From IMG/VR virus record IMGVR_UViG_3300027740_000003, positions 288,001 through 352,000 of that record: a DNA stretch of 64,000 nucleotides, one strand, 5' to 3'. The stretch comes from a virus (taxonomy: Duplodnaviria; Caudoviricetes). This document shows positions 10,533-20,441 of the stretch, piece by piece. The position numbers were made by a program, and so were the translations under genes. Numbering within the stretch: position 1 is the first letter of the stretch; every line of letters starts with the position of its first letter. A model generated the notes under the pieces. It saw only the letters and a list, made by a program, of their open reading frames with translations. It did not search any database and had not been told where the DNA came from.

Positions 10533-10569
10533 AATTTTTATCCATCACTAGGATTTGTTCCTAAGAACA

Positions 10570-11583
10570 TTATCCAACTAGCGTGCTCTTCCGACCTGCC
10601 GAAATTCCTCGCGGGTTCACAATGCCGATACCAATTATTTCTGATACCACCCAACCGAGTTTTAACTGTTTTGGTTCGTCAGCTGGTAAAACTTCAATTT
10701 CCTGTCTAACAGGCATAACACCAACGAACTCAGGATCTGCACAAGCATATACTGTTCCTGGGGGAACAATCTTGCTAACCATTATGTCTGCGCCCCAAAT
10801 ATGAGCATAAAGCCCTGTCTGGAGAATTTCACGCTGGCTAACAGGATCAATCTCGCCCTGTCCAACAGTACCACCACCGGATGCCCAGTTAAGAATATCA
10901 GTGTACTCACTGATGTTCATGAAATACTTGGTTGTGACGTTGTCCCAACGATCAATTTGAACCTTGAGCTCAACAAGATCACGCTTAAGCATTCCCTGGT
11001 CAGCAATGTCCTGAATGGTATTTTCAACACTTGAAGCTGCATCAATAGCCGCAAAGACGTTAGCGTCTTCCTGGGCCATAATTTCCTGACGTGCCTTCTG
11101 AACAGCACGGTCAATGATGTTAAATCTGCGTCTCTTTACTTCCGCAATTCTAACAGTTGGATTCGAGAAAATCTCGAATTCAGGAATGGTCACTCTGTCG
11201 CCGAATACACGGCTTTCTGGACCGGTACCATTTGAGGACACAACTACTGCTGTGACATCAATATCACGGTCATACACAGGGAGAGCTCCCTGAGGAAGAG
11301 GATCAACAACCAGTGCTCTACGAGCAATTCCCTGGTAATCTAAGTTACGACGGATAGGATTTGCCATTGCTTGAGCAAGAGCAATTTTGCCTTGCTGCGA
11401 CATAATGGCAGACTCTACTAGCTGATCTCTACGATCTGCCGAGAGTTGAGGCTGACCAGCAAGAGCTAGATTAGAAGGAGCGTTCTCCTCTAGAATAGCT
11501 GCGAACTTTGCCAGCTGCATGAATGCATCTTGAAGATTGCTTGCATTCATCTGACCTTTGCTATTAAACAGTTGACTATACAT
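10570..11583 (-). CDS. Major capsid protein (HK97 fold)
   Basis: LAQAMANPIRRNLDYQGIARRALVVDPLPQG and VPPGTVYACADPEFVGVMPVR...GWVVSEIIGIGIVNPRGI closely resemble, from memory, Bxz1-type capsids. AAGGAG RBS, strong terminator and high-expression codon usage. Confidence 0.9.
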   Translation of the reverse strand: MYSQLFNSKGQMNASNLQDAFMQLAKFAAILEENAPSNLALAGQPQLSADRRDQLVESAIMSQQGKIALAQAMANPIRRNLDYQGIARRALVVDPLPQGALPVYDRDIDVTAVVVSSNGTGPESRVFGDRVTIPEFEIFSNPTVRIAEVKRRRFNIIDRAVQKARQEIMAQEDANVFAAIDAASSVENTIQDIADQGMLKRDLVELKVQIDRWDNVTTKYFMNISEYTDILNWASGGGTVGQGEIDPVSQREILQTGLYAHIWGADIMVSKIVPPGTVYACADPEFVGVMPVRQEIEVLPADEPKQLKLGWVVSEIIGIGIVNPRGISAGRKSTLVG

Positions 11584-11647
11584 ATTTTTATTTTCTCCTT
11601 ATTTGCCTGTCATAAACCGGCTAATAATTTATATTGGGGTTAAATGA

Positions 11648-11674
11648 GGGGCGGACAGAAAATCCGGCCGCCCC
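11648..11674 (-). other. GC-rich stem-loop between the decoration-like gene and the capsid gene
   Basis: GGGGCGG...CCGCCCC stem with no clear U-tract; possibly an mRNA processing or stability element. Confidence 0.45.
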
Positions 11675-11688
11675 ACAAGTTTTATTTA

Positions 11689-12357
11689 TTAATACTCTGG
11701 ATCGAAATGAATTACGACCTGAGTAAATGCTACCTGAACAGGAGTCTGAACTAGGTAATTAGGTGTAGTCACCAAACTGCCATTTGTTGAGAATTCAACA
11801 AGTCTTGCAACAACAAGGTTTGCTGCGTCAAATGAATCACCAGATGAAACTGGAGTCAAAAGACCTAAAGCTGTTGCTGTAAGAGGTTCGCCAACATCAA
11901 GTAAAGCATTGCTTGGAACAAGACCATCAGCTGAAGTATCAACAGATGCTAATGTCACTGCATATAGACCGGGTTTATCCCAAAGGGTAACCTTGCCGGA
12001 ACCAGCACCAGTGTGTGGACCATAGTTATTACCAGTTGTATTCTGACCAGCAATTGTCCCAATTACTGCACCGAACAGAGTTCCATAACCAGTTGTTCCT
12101 TCATCAGCAAGGAATACGGGTCGTTGACCGTCTGGTAGGAAGCGAGTGACGATAGGACGATATTTTGTGGTTGTTCCCACATAACCGTCAGATCCGTTTG
12201 CATCAGCAGCAGCTTTATCTGTTCCAGTAATGTCATAGTTAACTAAGGTAACTACTTCACCACCAGTAAGAGCAAAAATGCTGCCTGTAGTGACTAGAAT
12301 GTCATAACCATCGAATTGACCGAGTGGATATATTGCCTGTAATGGTTTAAGAGCCAT
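11689..12357 (-). CDS. Probable capsid decoration or cement protein
   Basis: Directly upstream of the capsid gene; beta-rich; GSGKVTLW motif shared with 19038-19730; two DGY. Confidence 0.6.
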   Translation of the reverse strand: MALKPLQAIYPLGQFDGYDILVTTGSIFALTGGEVVTLVNYDITGTDKAAADANGSDGYVGTTTKYRPIVTRFLPDGQRPVFLADEGTTGYGTLFGAVIGTIAGQNTTGNNYGPHTGAGSGKVTLWDKPGLYAVTLASVDTSADGLVPSNALLDVGEPLTATALGLLTPVSSGDSFDAANLVVARLVEFSTNGSLVTTPNYLVQTPVQVAFTQVVIHFDPEY

Positions 12358-12442
12358 AATATTTTCCTTTAGATTCTTTTATTTGTCTTTCTCTATTGTC
12401 TTACATATTGATGGATTTTCAAACCATCCAAAAATTATACTA

Positions 12443-13669
12443 TTATATTCCCTGTTTTTGTATTAAAATTTTTCCTAATTTAAAAAATCTTTCATCCTTG
12501 GAACAATTAGCCAAAGAAAGCTTATATTTCTGGGCTTTTTGCAAAGCGGATTCGATATCATCTGGAGTTGTTGTTAACAAAATTCCAGAAAATTTTCTTG
12601 TTTCTAACAGATTATTTAGATTAGTTTCTATTATAGACACAAGTTCTTTTATCTGAGGGTTATATTTGCCATCAATAATTCCGGTATATTTTTTACCATT
12701 TAGGAAAGCTTGTGCCGCGGGGGTTGGATTTTGCAGATATAATTTCAGAGAAGATATATTTTTTTCGGAAGGTGTTTCAATTTTTGGTTGTTGAACAATA
12801 ACAGGTTCTGGTTTCGGTGAAACAATTGGTGGTGTTGGCGGAGTAGTAGTTTTATCAATTATACCTACATTTTCCAATACAGATTTTCCTATATCTTTTG
12901 CACCTTCCCAAATATCAGTCAGAGAAAGATCGTTAACATCTTGTCCTGGAGTTGTATATGTTTGTTTCCAAGCATCTTGTGGTTTATCAACAAAATTAAT
13001 AAAATCTATAACTCTATGTTCTTGTTGTCTTTTTGGCTCAACCTGTTCTATATATATTTTTTTATTTAATTTTTGTTTATCAACATTATTTTTTAAAAAT
13101 GTTTTAATTCTATTTAAATTACTATCGTTTAAAATATAAACTTCAAATGAATCTTCGTTAACTCTAATGGCGTTCTTATATATCATAAATGTATTATAAA
13201 CGCTTTTTCTCAAACTATACCATATTTCTTTAGAACCTACACACTGAATTCCAATATCATCAGGTAAACTTCTAACCACAGATAATGGCAAATTTCGATC
13301 TTTTGCCACTCGGATAAATAGTTCTAAATTATCAATCAAACGTTCGTTATTTGAGCTATTAATTTTTTTTTGTGAAAGAAATATTGCCTTATCAACATCA
13401 AACAAATGATGCAAAGCCGCTTCTTGATGCCACCAACCTTTGGTTTCTTCATCAATTTCTGAACCAACAATTATCCAACCTATCCAACCAAATTGATCAT
13501 TCCCATCATTAACATCAGAATGTTCTGGATAAGTGTTCATAATCTGTGGGTGATTTCCATGAGTTCCATAATAATCAGATAAAGCAAATTCCTGCACATC
13601 CGGTTCTTTTACGAAAGAATAAGAACCAGTATCTCTGGTCATATCAATAGAAGTGCCTTGATTAACCAT
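12443..13669 (-). CDS. Probable internal virion protein
   Basis: 408 aa; C-terminal YTGIIDGKYNPQ weakly resembles a peptidoglycan-binding motif; coupled in an operon. Confidence 0.45.
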   Translation of the reverse strand: MVNQGTSIDMTRDTGSYSFVKEPDVQEFALSDYYGTHGNHPQIMNTYPEHSDVNDGNDQFGWIGWIIVGSEIDEETKGWWHQEAALHHLFDVDKAIFLSQKKINSSNNERLIDNLELFIRVAKDRNLPLSVVRSLPDDIGIQCVGSKEIWYSLRKSVYNTFMIYKNAIRVNEDSFEVYILNDSNLNRIKTFLKNNVDKQKLNKKIYIEQVEPKRQQEHRVIDFINFVDKPQDAWKQTYTTPGQDVNDLSLTDIWEGAKDIGKSVLENVGIIDKTTTPPTPPIVSPKPEPVIVQQPKIETPSEKNISSLKLYLQNPTPAAQAFLNGKKYTGIIDGKYNPQIKELVSIIETNLNNLLETRKFSGILLTTTPDDIESALQKAQKYKLSLANCSKDERFFKLGKILIQKQGI

Positions 13670-14781
13670 TATTCCTCTTTTACAGATTCTGGAGTTTCTT
13701 CTCCGCCCAATTGTTCTTGCAATTTAGCATATACATCTTCTTGTTTTTGTGCTGCCATTGCTTTGCCTTCTGTAGAGGCTTCTGCGAGCTTTTGAACAAA
13801 GGCTTGTAGGGAGTTGCGTAGAGCTGCTAAAGAGTTTATAGCATTAGATTTGGCACCACCAAAGACACTTTCCCAAGCCCCCTCTGCCATTTGCCACCAT
13901 TCATTCTCAGCTTCTCCTCCTTCTTCCATCCCGTTAATTTCAGCTAAAAGCCCTGAATCACTTATTCCAGTTGCTCCAATTTTTGAAGCAACATAAGTTG
14001 CCATCTGCTTGAATTTACTAAGAAAATCAATGTCTTCTTTAGTTGCAGCAAGTTTATTTTGATCTAGATTAACATCCATTCCGACATCTTGTTGTTCGGT
14101 GCTGCCGGCAATTCTCTCTGCTTTTTCGGTATTTTGATAAAGCATTTGCAGAGCTGTTGTCCATTTATCAATTAGGCCATAATTAGCTGAAGAAACGGAT
14201 TGTCTTAGTTCTTGAAGGGAAGTGATAGCTTTTTCTGTATCTGGCTTAACGCCCTGTGATATATGTCCATAAATTTTAGTTTTAATCCATCCGGCAGTTG
14301 CAATACCAGCAAGAACCTTTGCTGTCCAAACAAGAGCCACGGGCCAAAAGGCTTGTTTTACTAATTTATCTGCACATTCATCAGCCATTTTTGATAAATC
14401 TTCATCGCCTTCATTATCAAATTGGAAACCTAATCTAACAAGTTCATCAAGGAGTTCTTTTTTGGCATAACGGTGTTGAGTATGCATTCCTTTTGGTTTG
14501 CGGTTTACAATACCAACCATAATATCATGTCTTTCATTGATATTCTCAACTAATCCATTTAATCGATCATAAGAAGGAGCAATAATAACTTTTTCTGGAT
14601 GAGCTTGATCAATAATGTTTTTAGTTGAATCATTGGTTTTAATTTCATTTCCATAAAGTGCCTGTATGGTTTCCTTATAATCTTCATCTGATTCTTTATC
14701 TTCTTGTGTCATAACATCGGCTTCTTTTACAAAGCCTTTTTCTGTCATAATTTTTACATAATTATCAAATATTTCGCTCAT
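13669..14781 (-). CDS. Probable internal or ejection protein with a hydrophobic helix
   Basis: LVKQA is followed immediately by FWPVALVWTAKVLAGIATAGWI; also carries the AHP module. Confidence 0.5.
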   Translation of the reverse strand: MSEIFDNYVKIMTEKGFVKEADVMTQEDKESDEDYKETIQALYGNEIKTNDSTKNIIDQAHPEKVIIAPSYDRLNGLVENINERHDIMVGIVNRKPKGMHTQHRYAKKELLDELVRLGFQFDNEGDEDLSKMADECADKLVKQAFWPVALVWTAKVLAGIATAGWIKTKIYGHISQGVKPDTEKAITSLQELRQSVSSANYGLIDKWTTALQMLYQNTEKAERIAGSTEQQDVGMDVNLDQNKLAATKEDIDFLSKFKQMATYVASKIGATGISDSGLLAEINGMEEGGEAENEWWQMAEGAWESVFGGAKSNAINSLAALRNSLQAFVQKLAEASTEGKAMAAQKQEDVYAKLQEQLGGEETPESVKEE

Positions 14782-15863
14782 TTGTTTGCCTTTATGTTTC
14801 CAACAAATCTATCAATGACATCTTTCATTGTATGCATACCAGAATCTGGGGGCATTTTAAAAAATTGAGAGATTCCTTGCGGATTAACCTGATATATAAT
14901 AGATGCCATCTTATTGAAAGAAGCATCATTTAAAATATCCTGTTCTCTCCCCGCTAATTCTGGATAAATATTAACAGCCCATTTGACAAGAGTATTTTCT
15001 ACAGATCCTAAATTATCCATTAACCATATTGTTCCGGAAGAATTAATATGATATTGGTTTCCTCTTCCCGACGATTTTAGATTATGTGAGGTTGGTTGAG
15101 GAAGATCGTATTTAGGAGCTTGAATTCCTGTAGGCTTTGGAACAGTCATATTTGTTATAAACTGCGGTACTCCTATGAAAGAGATTTCTCCTTCCGGTTT
15201 TTCTTCAGGTTTTGTTTGCTCCGCTCCCGCACCAACACCAAAAAGAACTTTCGGTCCCTCAAAAGCAGCAACGCCTACAAGAACCGACATAACAATCCAT
15301 CTTAAAAATCCACCAAATAATACTTTTTGAGAGCTCCTTCCAAGTCCTCTAAATATATTTAATAAACCACTTCTTGATCTTGTGGCAGCTTCTTTACTAA
15401 ACCCCCGCATATAATAAACAATTTCGCCATTCTTTTCAATTTCTCTCAAAGGATCTAGTGAAGCTGCTTTTATCAAAGAAGAAGTTGATTGATCTGCAAT
15501 TCTAGCCGCATCATCTTTGGTAAAGTCGCCAGTATCAGTAATTACGGATTGGACCATATCTACAACTGATTTGAAGAAACCACTTATATCAAAACCAAAT
15601 AAATTTGCTACCACTGGAAGAATACCAAGAGGCCACCATATTTTTGCCAATATTGGAATTGAAAAATATGTTCCTAAAGTTGGAATAATTCCATAGGTTT
15701 TTATTCTATCAGAAACGGCTTGATATAATGTTTGCGCAGCTCCGCCAAGTTCTTCAGCAATTCCCGCCTGTTTAATAATTTCAGGATTTTTAGACAAGCC
15801 AGCATTGATAATAATAAGTTTATCAATTATCTGGCAGTCTGCTTGATAATCTTTATAAAACAT
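14778..15863 (-). CDS. Probable internal or ejection protein with membrane segments
   Basis: Hydrophobic stretches YGIIPTLGTYFSIPILAKIWWPLGILPVVANLFGF and VLFGGFLRWIVMSVLVGVAAF; IIKQA, LIKAA and FSKEA sites. Confidence 0.5.
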   Translation of the reverse strand: MFYKDYQADCQIIDKLIIINAGLSKNPEIIKQAGIAEELGGAAQTLYQAVSDRIKTYGIIPTLGTYFSIPILAKIWWPLGILPVVANLFGFDISGFFKSVVDMVQSVITDTGDFTKDDAARIADQSTSSLIKAASLDPLREIEKNGEIVYYMRGFSKEAATRSRSGLLNIFRGLGRSSQKVLFGGFLRWIVMSVLVGVAAFEGPKVLFGVGAGAEQTKPEEKPEGEISFIGVPQFITNMTVPKPTGIQAPKYDLPQPTSHNLKSSGRGNQYHINSSGTIWLMDNLGSVENTLVKWAVNIYPELAGREQDILNDASFNKMASIIYQVNPQGISQFFKMPPDSGMHTMKDVIDRFVGNIKANK

Positions 15864-18715
15864 TATTTTCCTGAGTATAATTGTTTAAGCTGTTGATTTG
15901 CATAATCAGTCAAAGAGTCTATTGTTCTACTCCATGCTGCAAGATTGGATTGAGCGGCTTGGACAGAGGCTTCCTTTCCATCCCATTCATATTCTGCACC
16001 AGTTTCGTACCAATCATTAACAATCTGATTTAATGCCAGTTTCAACTGAGGAAGAGCAACCATTAATAAAGCCACACTAAACACCTTATCAATTGCTGTA
16101 TTTGCTGGAACTGTATTCTCTAGATTTGCAAGAGGGATATTGCCCTGAGGAGTTCTAATTATTCTATTTGGATTATCTCCAATAAATCTAATTCTATCAA
16201 CCCAAGAAGCAACATCATATCTAAAAATAGGTGTCTGAGCAGGATTTGACCATCCTCTGCTTATATCCTGCAAACTTATTGATGGATTTAATATTTGAAA
16301 TAAAGATTTTCCAAGGTTTGTGCCCGATTTAAGGCTTTTAATAGGTTTGTCAAAAGCGCGTGGATAAGCATTAGCAAGCTTCCTAACGTTGATTACCGAA
16401 CCAAATGGTGGATAAAACAGCTTTTCTCTTTGTGCCCTTTGAACATCATATCCTTCATTTGGTTGTCCCGAGGTGGCGACTTCTCCTGGCTTTCCTGGTT
16501 CTTTACCAGCAGTTGGAGATTGTTTTATAACTGACTCTAATCCGGCGGCTGAAGCAGCTGTTTGATTACCAGTTGTTCTGCCAAGTTCTCTAAATCCGTC
16601 AACCAATCTACCAATTAATTTAGTTATAGCATCTACATATGATTTTAATGTTCCATCGTCTGCATCCTGAACATCTGCTCCAGAAACTGATTGTAGAAGT
16701 AATTTGGCCCTATTAAGGAAATTACCTAAAAGAGTTTTCCAATTTTCAAATGACACAGCTTGATTAATTATATTGCTAAAGTTGGTAGAGAACCACCTCT
16801 CAAATGCAACCAAGTCTGTAAGATCGGCAGCGGTTAATGGGGCCCCCATATCATCTTTTGTAGTATACCAAGCTTCACTAAATAAAGGAACATTAACTGG
16901 AATTTTATCATACTCTGTTGATGAAGAAACATTATTATTAATAGTAGTTTTAATATTAGCATCATATAGAATATTATTAATCAGATCAATGTTAGCTTTG
17001 GCTATGTTGGTCACTTCTAATTGTTTTTCTTTAGAATTAGCATACATAAGATAGCCATTTGGCAAACCTGTATTTATATCCTTTGCTTTTCCACTAATAG
17101 TAGAAAGGATTTGTTTTGCAGCATTTAATGCGCCAGCTGTTGCTTTGCCCCATTTGCCATCAAAATCAGCGGATCCTTCAAAATCTTCTCTGGCTGTTTG
17201 TCCCAATCTTGTAATAAGACTTTGATCTATTGGTTTTCCAGAAATTCTTGCTATTGAAGGAACTGCATCAGTTATTAGATTATGAAGTGTCCTTTGCATG
17301 TTCTCAACATTCTGCCAATATTCTGGAAGAACTGATGCTTTCCATTTTGAATTCTCTTTTCTCCAATCCTCATAGGAAAGTTGTCTTTTTTTTTGAGCAA
17401 CCGGCTTTGTTGCAGCCGGAGTTGTTGTTGGAGAAACAGAAGGTGCAGTTTTCTGTGGCGTTCCAGTAGGGCCTCCAGCATTTTGTGCCACTTTCATTTT
17501 TCCACTAAATGCACCAGCTTTCTGCCATTGTCCAATCCATGTCATTAAAGACTGAATAATATCATCTGCACTTGCTTGTGGCATGTCATATGCTGCTCTT
17601 GCCTGTTCTAGTGTGTTTATTTTTCTAAATATAATATTTGGATTATGTTTTTTTTGTAAATTAAATAAATCTACAGATAACGATCTAATTTTTTCATTTT
17701 TTTCATTAACCAAATCAGTTTTTACTCGGGTTAAAATTAAAATCATATTTTCAATTTTTTTCTTAATTTCTCCCTGAAGCTCATGGCCAATATAAAAAAT
17801 ATTCCAACCGGATGGACCATTTAACTGATGTAATGTATTTAAAATAGAATCAATTTGTTTTTCATTAACATTAGCTGGCAACCCTTGCTTTGGAAGAGAA
17901 TTTATACTAGCGTCAAGAATTTGAGTGAATTTATTTGCAGAATCATTAACTACATTAACATGAGCATTATAAAACTCATCAGTACCAGAAGCTCTAAGAT
18001 CCGAATCACTTAATCCCCCTCCCCAAGACCTTATTAAATCATATAGTCCCGGCCAAGCCACTTTCCATTCATAAGCATATTTCCCGAAAATTCCGGGATC
18101 TATGGGGGCAACGTCTTTTCCTCTAATAATTACATCTTTAACTCCGGCACCTATATTATCAAATATAATTCCAGTTATTGTTCCTCCAACTCCAAATAAT
18201 TGATTGAATTTAAATACGGGTGGGGTCGCCCTTCTTGCAGCCATCTGTTGTTTTACCAATCTTAATTCTGAATTAAAATAATCAATTTCTGAAACTCCCT
18301 GTCCAACCTTCAAAATTCCGGCAAGATCATTCAATAACCCTGCCGTTGCGCCTTTTCCCCGGATCATTTCCACAATCTTCTTATGTTGGCTTACTTGTGT
18401 CTCAACTTCTCCTAATCCTTCCTTCGCCGGAGCTATCTCAACATCACCATCAGGATGTGCAAAATTAATCAAATCTTCGCCACCATCTGATGCAGTCATG
18501 TATAATGCTACCTTCTCATCTAATCGGCTTGCCTCAACTACTCTGCCAGACCTCTTTAAACCTTTAGATAATCTAATTAATTGAGAAAGAATATCGTCTG
18601 GAACAGTTTCGGCCTTCTTCTCAATAGGCTTCTCACCTGTTCCATTCTTTGCTATCTCTTGTCTCTCTAGTTCTCGCATTACAGAACTATTTCCAAATTC
18701 ATAAGAATTTCTCAT
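15863..18715 (-). CDS. Large probable internal or ejection protein
   Basis: 950 aa; DFDGKWGKATAGAL resembles the DGxxGxxTxxA peptidoglycan-binding motif; AHP module; K-x-A sites. Confidence 0.5.
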   Translation of the reverse strand: MRNSYEFGNSSVMRELERQEIAKNGTGEKPIEKKAETVPDDILSQLIRLSKGLKRSGRVVEASRLDEKVALYMTASDGGEDLINFAHPDGDVEIAPAKEGLGEVETQVSQHKKIVEMIRGKGATAGLLNDLAGILKVGQGVSEIDYFNSELRLVKQQMAARRATPPVFKFNQLFGVGGTITGIIFDNIGAGVKDVIIRGKDVAPIDPGIFGKYAYEWKVAWPGLYDLIRSWGGGLSDSDLRASGTDEFYNAHVNVVNDSANKFTQILDASINSLPKQGLPANVNEKQIDSILNTLHQLNGPSGWNIFYIGHELQGEIKKKIENMILILTRVKTDLVNEKNEKIRSLSVDLFNLQKKHNPNIIFRKINTLEQARAAYDMPQASADDIIQSLMTWIGQWQKAGAFSGKMKVAQNAGGPTGTPQKTAPSVSPTTTPAATKPVAQKKRQLSYEDWRKENSKWKASVLPEYWQNVENMQRTLHNLITDAVPSIARISGKPIDQSLITRLGQTAREDFEGSADFDGKWGKATAGALNAAKQILSTISGKAKDINTGLPNGYLMYANSKEKQLEVTNIAKANIDLINNILYDANIKTTINNNVSSSTEYDKIPVNVPLFSEAWYTTKDDMGAPLTAADLTDLVAFERWFSTNFSNIINQAVSFENWKTLLGNFLNRAKLLLQSVSGADVQDADDGTLKSYVDAITKLIGRLVDGFRELGRTTGNQTAASAAGLESVIKQSPTAGKEPGKPGEVATSGQPNEGYDVQRAQREKLFYPPFGSVINVRKLANAYPRAFDKPIKSLKSGTNLGKSLFQILNPSISLQDISRGWSNPAQTPIFRYDVASWVDRIRFIGDNPNRIIRTPQGNIPLANLENTVPANTAIDKVFSVALLMVALPQLKLALNQIVNDWYETGAEYEWDGKEASVQAAQSNLAAWSRTIDSLTDYANQQLKQLYSGK

Positions 18716-18985
18716 TTATTCCTCTCCAAGTTTTAGGAGCATAACGCCTCTGACAAAAGCTTCATTATTAGCATTTCTATAATTAGGATCGTTTATCATC
18801 CTGGTTTGGATTTTCTTAAATTGCTCTTTTAATGCAGCATTCGAATTGATTCTCTCCTGAAGCTGAAGGAATTCATCTAAAATTGTTTCCTCAGATTTTT
18901 TCTCCGCCGCCTCTTTCGCAAGCTCTTGATTAGCCAAATTTTGAAAGACTTCCGAGCCAAATAAAGCCAGATCATCCATGTCCAT
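18716..18985 (-). CDS. Small hypothetical head-module protein
   Basis: 89 aa, AGGA RBS, LAKEA motif. Confidence 0.6.
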   Translation of the reverse strand: MDMDDLALFGSEVFQNLANQELAKEAAEKKSEETILDEFLQLQERINSNAALKEQFKKIQTRMINDPNYRNANNEAFVRGVMLLKLGEE

Positions 18986-19037
18986 AGTATTATCCTAATT
19001 TTGCAAACATCTAGTAATATACTGTATTATGCAGCTA

Positions 19038-19730
19038 TCAAAGAAGCAAAAATTCGACTGTACTAAGTGTAGATCCCGGAGTTCCAGTGACTATTGCAAT
19101 TCCAGGATGATCTGGAGAAGGTTGCCTTGATGTAAACTTCGCATCCTCTCCAACAAATAAGTTTGCATTTATTGGATACCGTTGTGTTGAATCAAACTGA
19201 TCGGTTTGTCCAATGAACCTCTGAAACCATACCGTAATCCTTCCAGAACCTACCGTAGAATCATCTCCAGGAACATTTGGTACCTGATACGTATAACTAA
19301 CTACCGTTTGTATGGCGTCAGGAATCCCGCTTCCTGTCATATCAGAATTTAATTCTGTCCCGGCCAAAAATGTTATTACTCCATTCCTGGCGTTTAAATA
19401 TACATCCACAGGATCTGAAACGAATGTTCCAGGTAAAATAGAAGCATTTGCCAATTCTGCTTTTACATCAATTGGCGTTATCCACCGTCCAGCTGACATC
19501 ACTCCCTGAATTGGGCCAGCCACAATTACTTCATTTATAGCTACTGTATAAAAAGAGTTAGTTTTTATATCATCAATTACCCCAATAGGACAAGTTCCGT
19601 CTGATACACCACAAACTACGTTATTTCCCATAACTTTTAGTTGGGCTATCATTCCTGGCTGAAATTCAGCTGCCGGATCTACTGGAAATGAAAAAGGAAG
19701 TGAATTTCCGGATTGTGTAATGCGCAACAT
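19038..19730 (-). CDS. Second decoration-like virion protein
   Basis: GMIAQL...VSDGTCPIGVIDD and GSGRITVW, related to 11689-12357; GAGG RBS. Confidence 0.5.
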   Translation of the reverse strand: MLRITQSGNSLPFSFPVDPAAEFQPGMIAQLKVMGNNVVCGVSDGTCPIGVIDDIKTNSFYTVAINEVIVAGPIQGVMSAGRWITPIDVKAELANASILPGTFVSDPVDVYLNARNGVITFLAGTELNSDMTGSGIPDAIQTVVSYTYQVPNVPGDDSTVGSGRITVWFQRFIGQTDQFDSTQRYPINANLFVGEDAKFTSRQPSPDHPGIAIVTGTPGSTLSTVEFLLL

Positions 19731-19756
19731 AGTTAAACCTCTTCTTACCTATATAT

Positions 19757-19792
19757 CAAAAAGATGGCCCTTCTGTAAACAAAAGGGCCATC
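19757..19792 (-). terminator. Intrinsic terminator
   Basis: Minus strand GATGGCCCTT-TTGTTTACAG-AAGGGCCATC followed by TTTTT. Confidence 0.75.
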
Positions 19793-19814
19793 CAAAGTTA
19801 AGTTATTATTTTAT

Positions 19815-20225
19815 TCACCACATAGCTGCCAGCATTTCCGCAGAAGGCACATCTGTTTCCTCATCACCTTTTTCATCTACCGCTACTTCTAACGCCACAT
19901 TTGGATCCGACATCAATAATTCGTATAACTCTCTCTCTTCTGGAGACTCCGTTTCCTCTATCTCAATATCTGGTTCTCTCTGTGCTTTTTTCGCTAATTT
20001 TGCAACCGGTTTTTCTATTTGCGCAATTTCCATCATTCTAACTATTGCATCTGCTTCTTTTGTAAATCCTGCCTTTTCAAAATTATCCGCAGCCTTATTT
20101 AACAATTTTAATGCTTGTAATCTGTTATTTGCTCTGCTTGTTTTTTGTTCAAATGCACCTTTTCGGAGATTTTTATCCATCTCAACAAGAATTTCATCAA
20201 GATTTACAGTATTGTTGCTCCACAT
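19815..20225 (-). CDS. Small acidic head-module protein with helical-hairpin module
   Basis: LKLLNKAADNFEKAGFTKEADAI; LAKKAQ. Confidence 0.6.
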   Translation of the reverse strand: MWSNNTVNLDEILVEMDKNLRKGAFEQKTSRANNRLQALKLLNKAADNFEKAGFTKEADAIVRMMEIAQIEKPVAKLAKKAQREPDIEIEETESPEERELYELLMSDPNVALEVAVDEKGDEETDVPSAEMLAAMW

Positions 20226-20441
20226 TTAGTGCCCTGCCATTTTTTCTAATAATACAGTTATTGCCTCGGAGGCCTGAACGTCATTCAATCCATCAAATAT
20301 CTCCGCCGCTCTTGATATGCAACTAATTGCCTCAGATATATATCCAGCCTTTGTTTCTTCTTCGGCCGCATCTGTTCTCATATACCTATCCATTAAACAG
20401 GCTAAATCCTCTGAGGCTTGTTTTATTTTATATTGAACCAT
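20226..20441 (-). CDS. Small head-module protein with helical-hairpin module
   Basis: IKQAS...ISRAAEIFDGLNDVQASEAI; tight gene coupling. Confidence 0.6.
   Translation of the reverse strand: MVQYKIKQASEDLACLMDRYMRTDAAEEETKAGYISEAISCISRAAEIFDGLNDVQASEAITVLLEKMAGH

Noticed and set aside
10469-10534. N-terminal MKTASLKREA as further K-x-A evidence
   Set aside because: Overlaps the capsid terminator, so it is probably untranslated.
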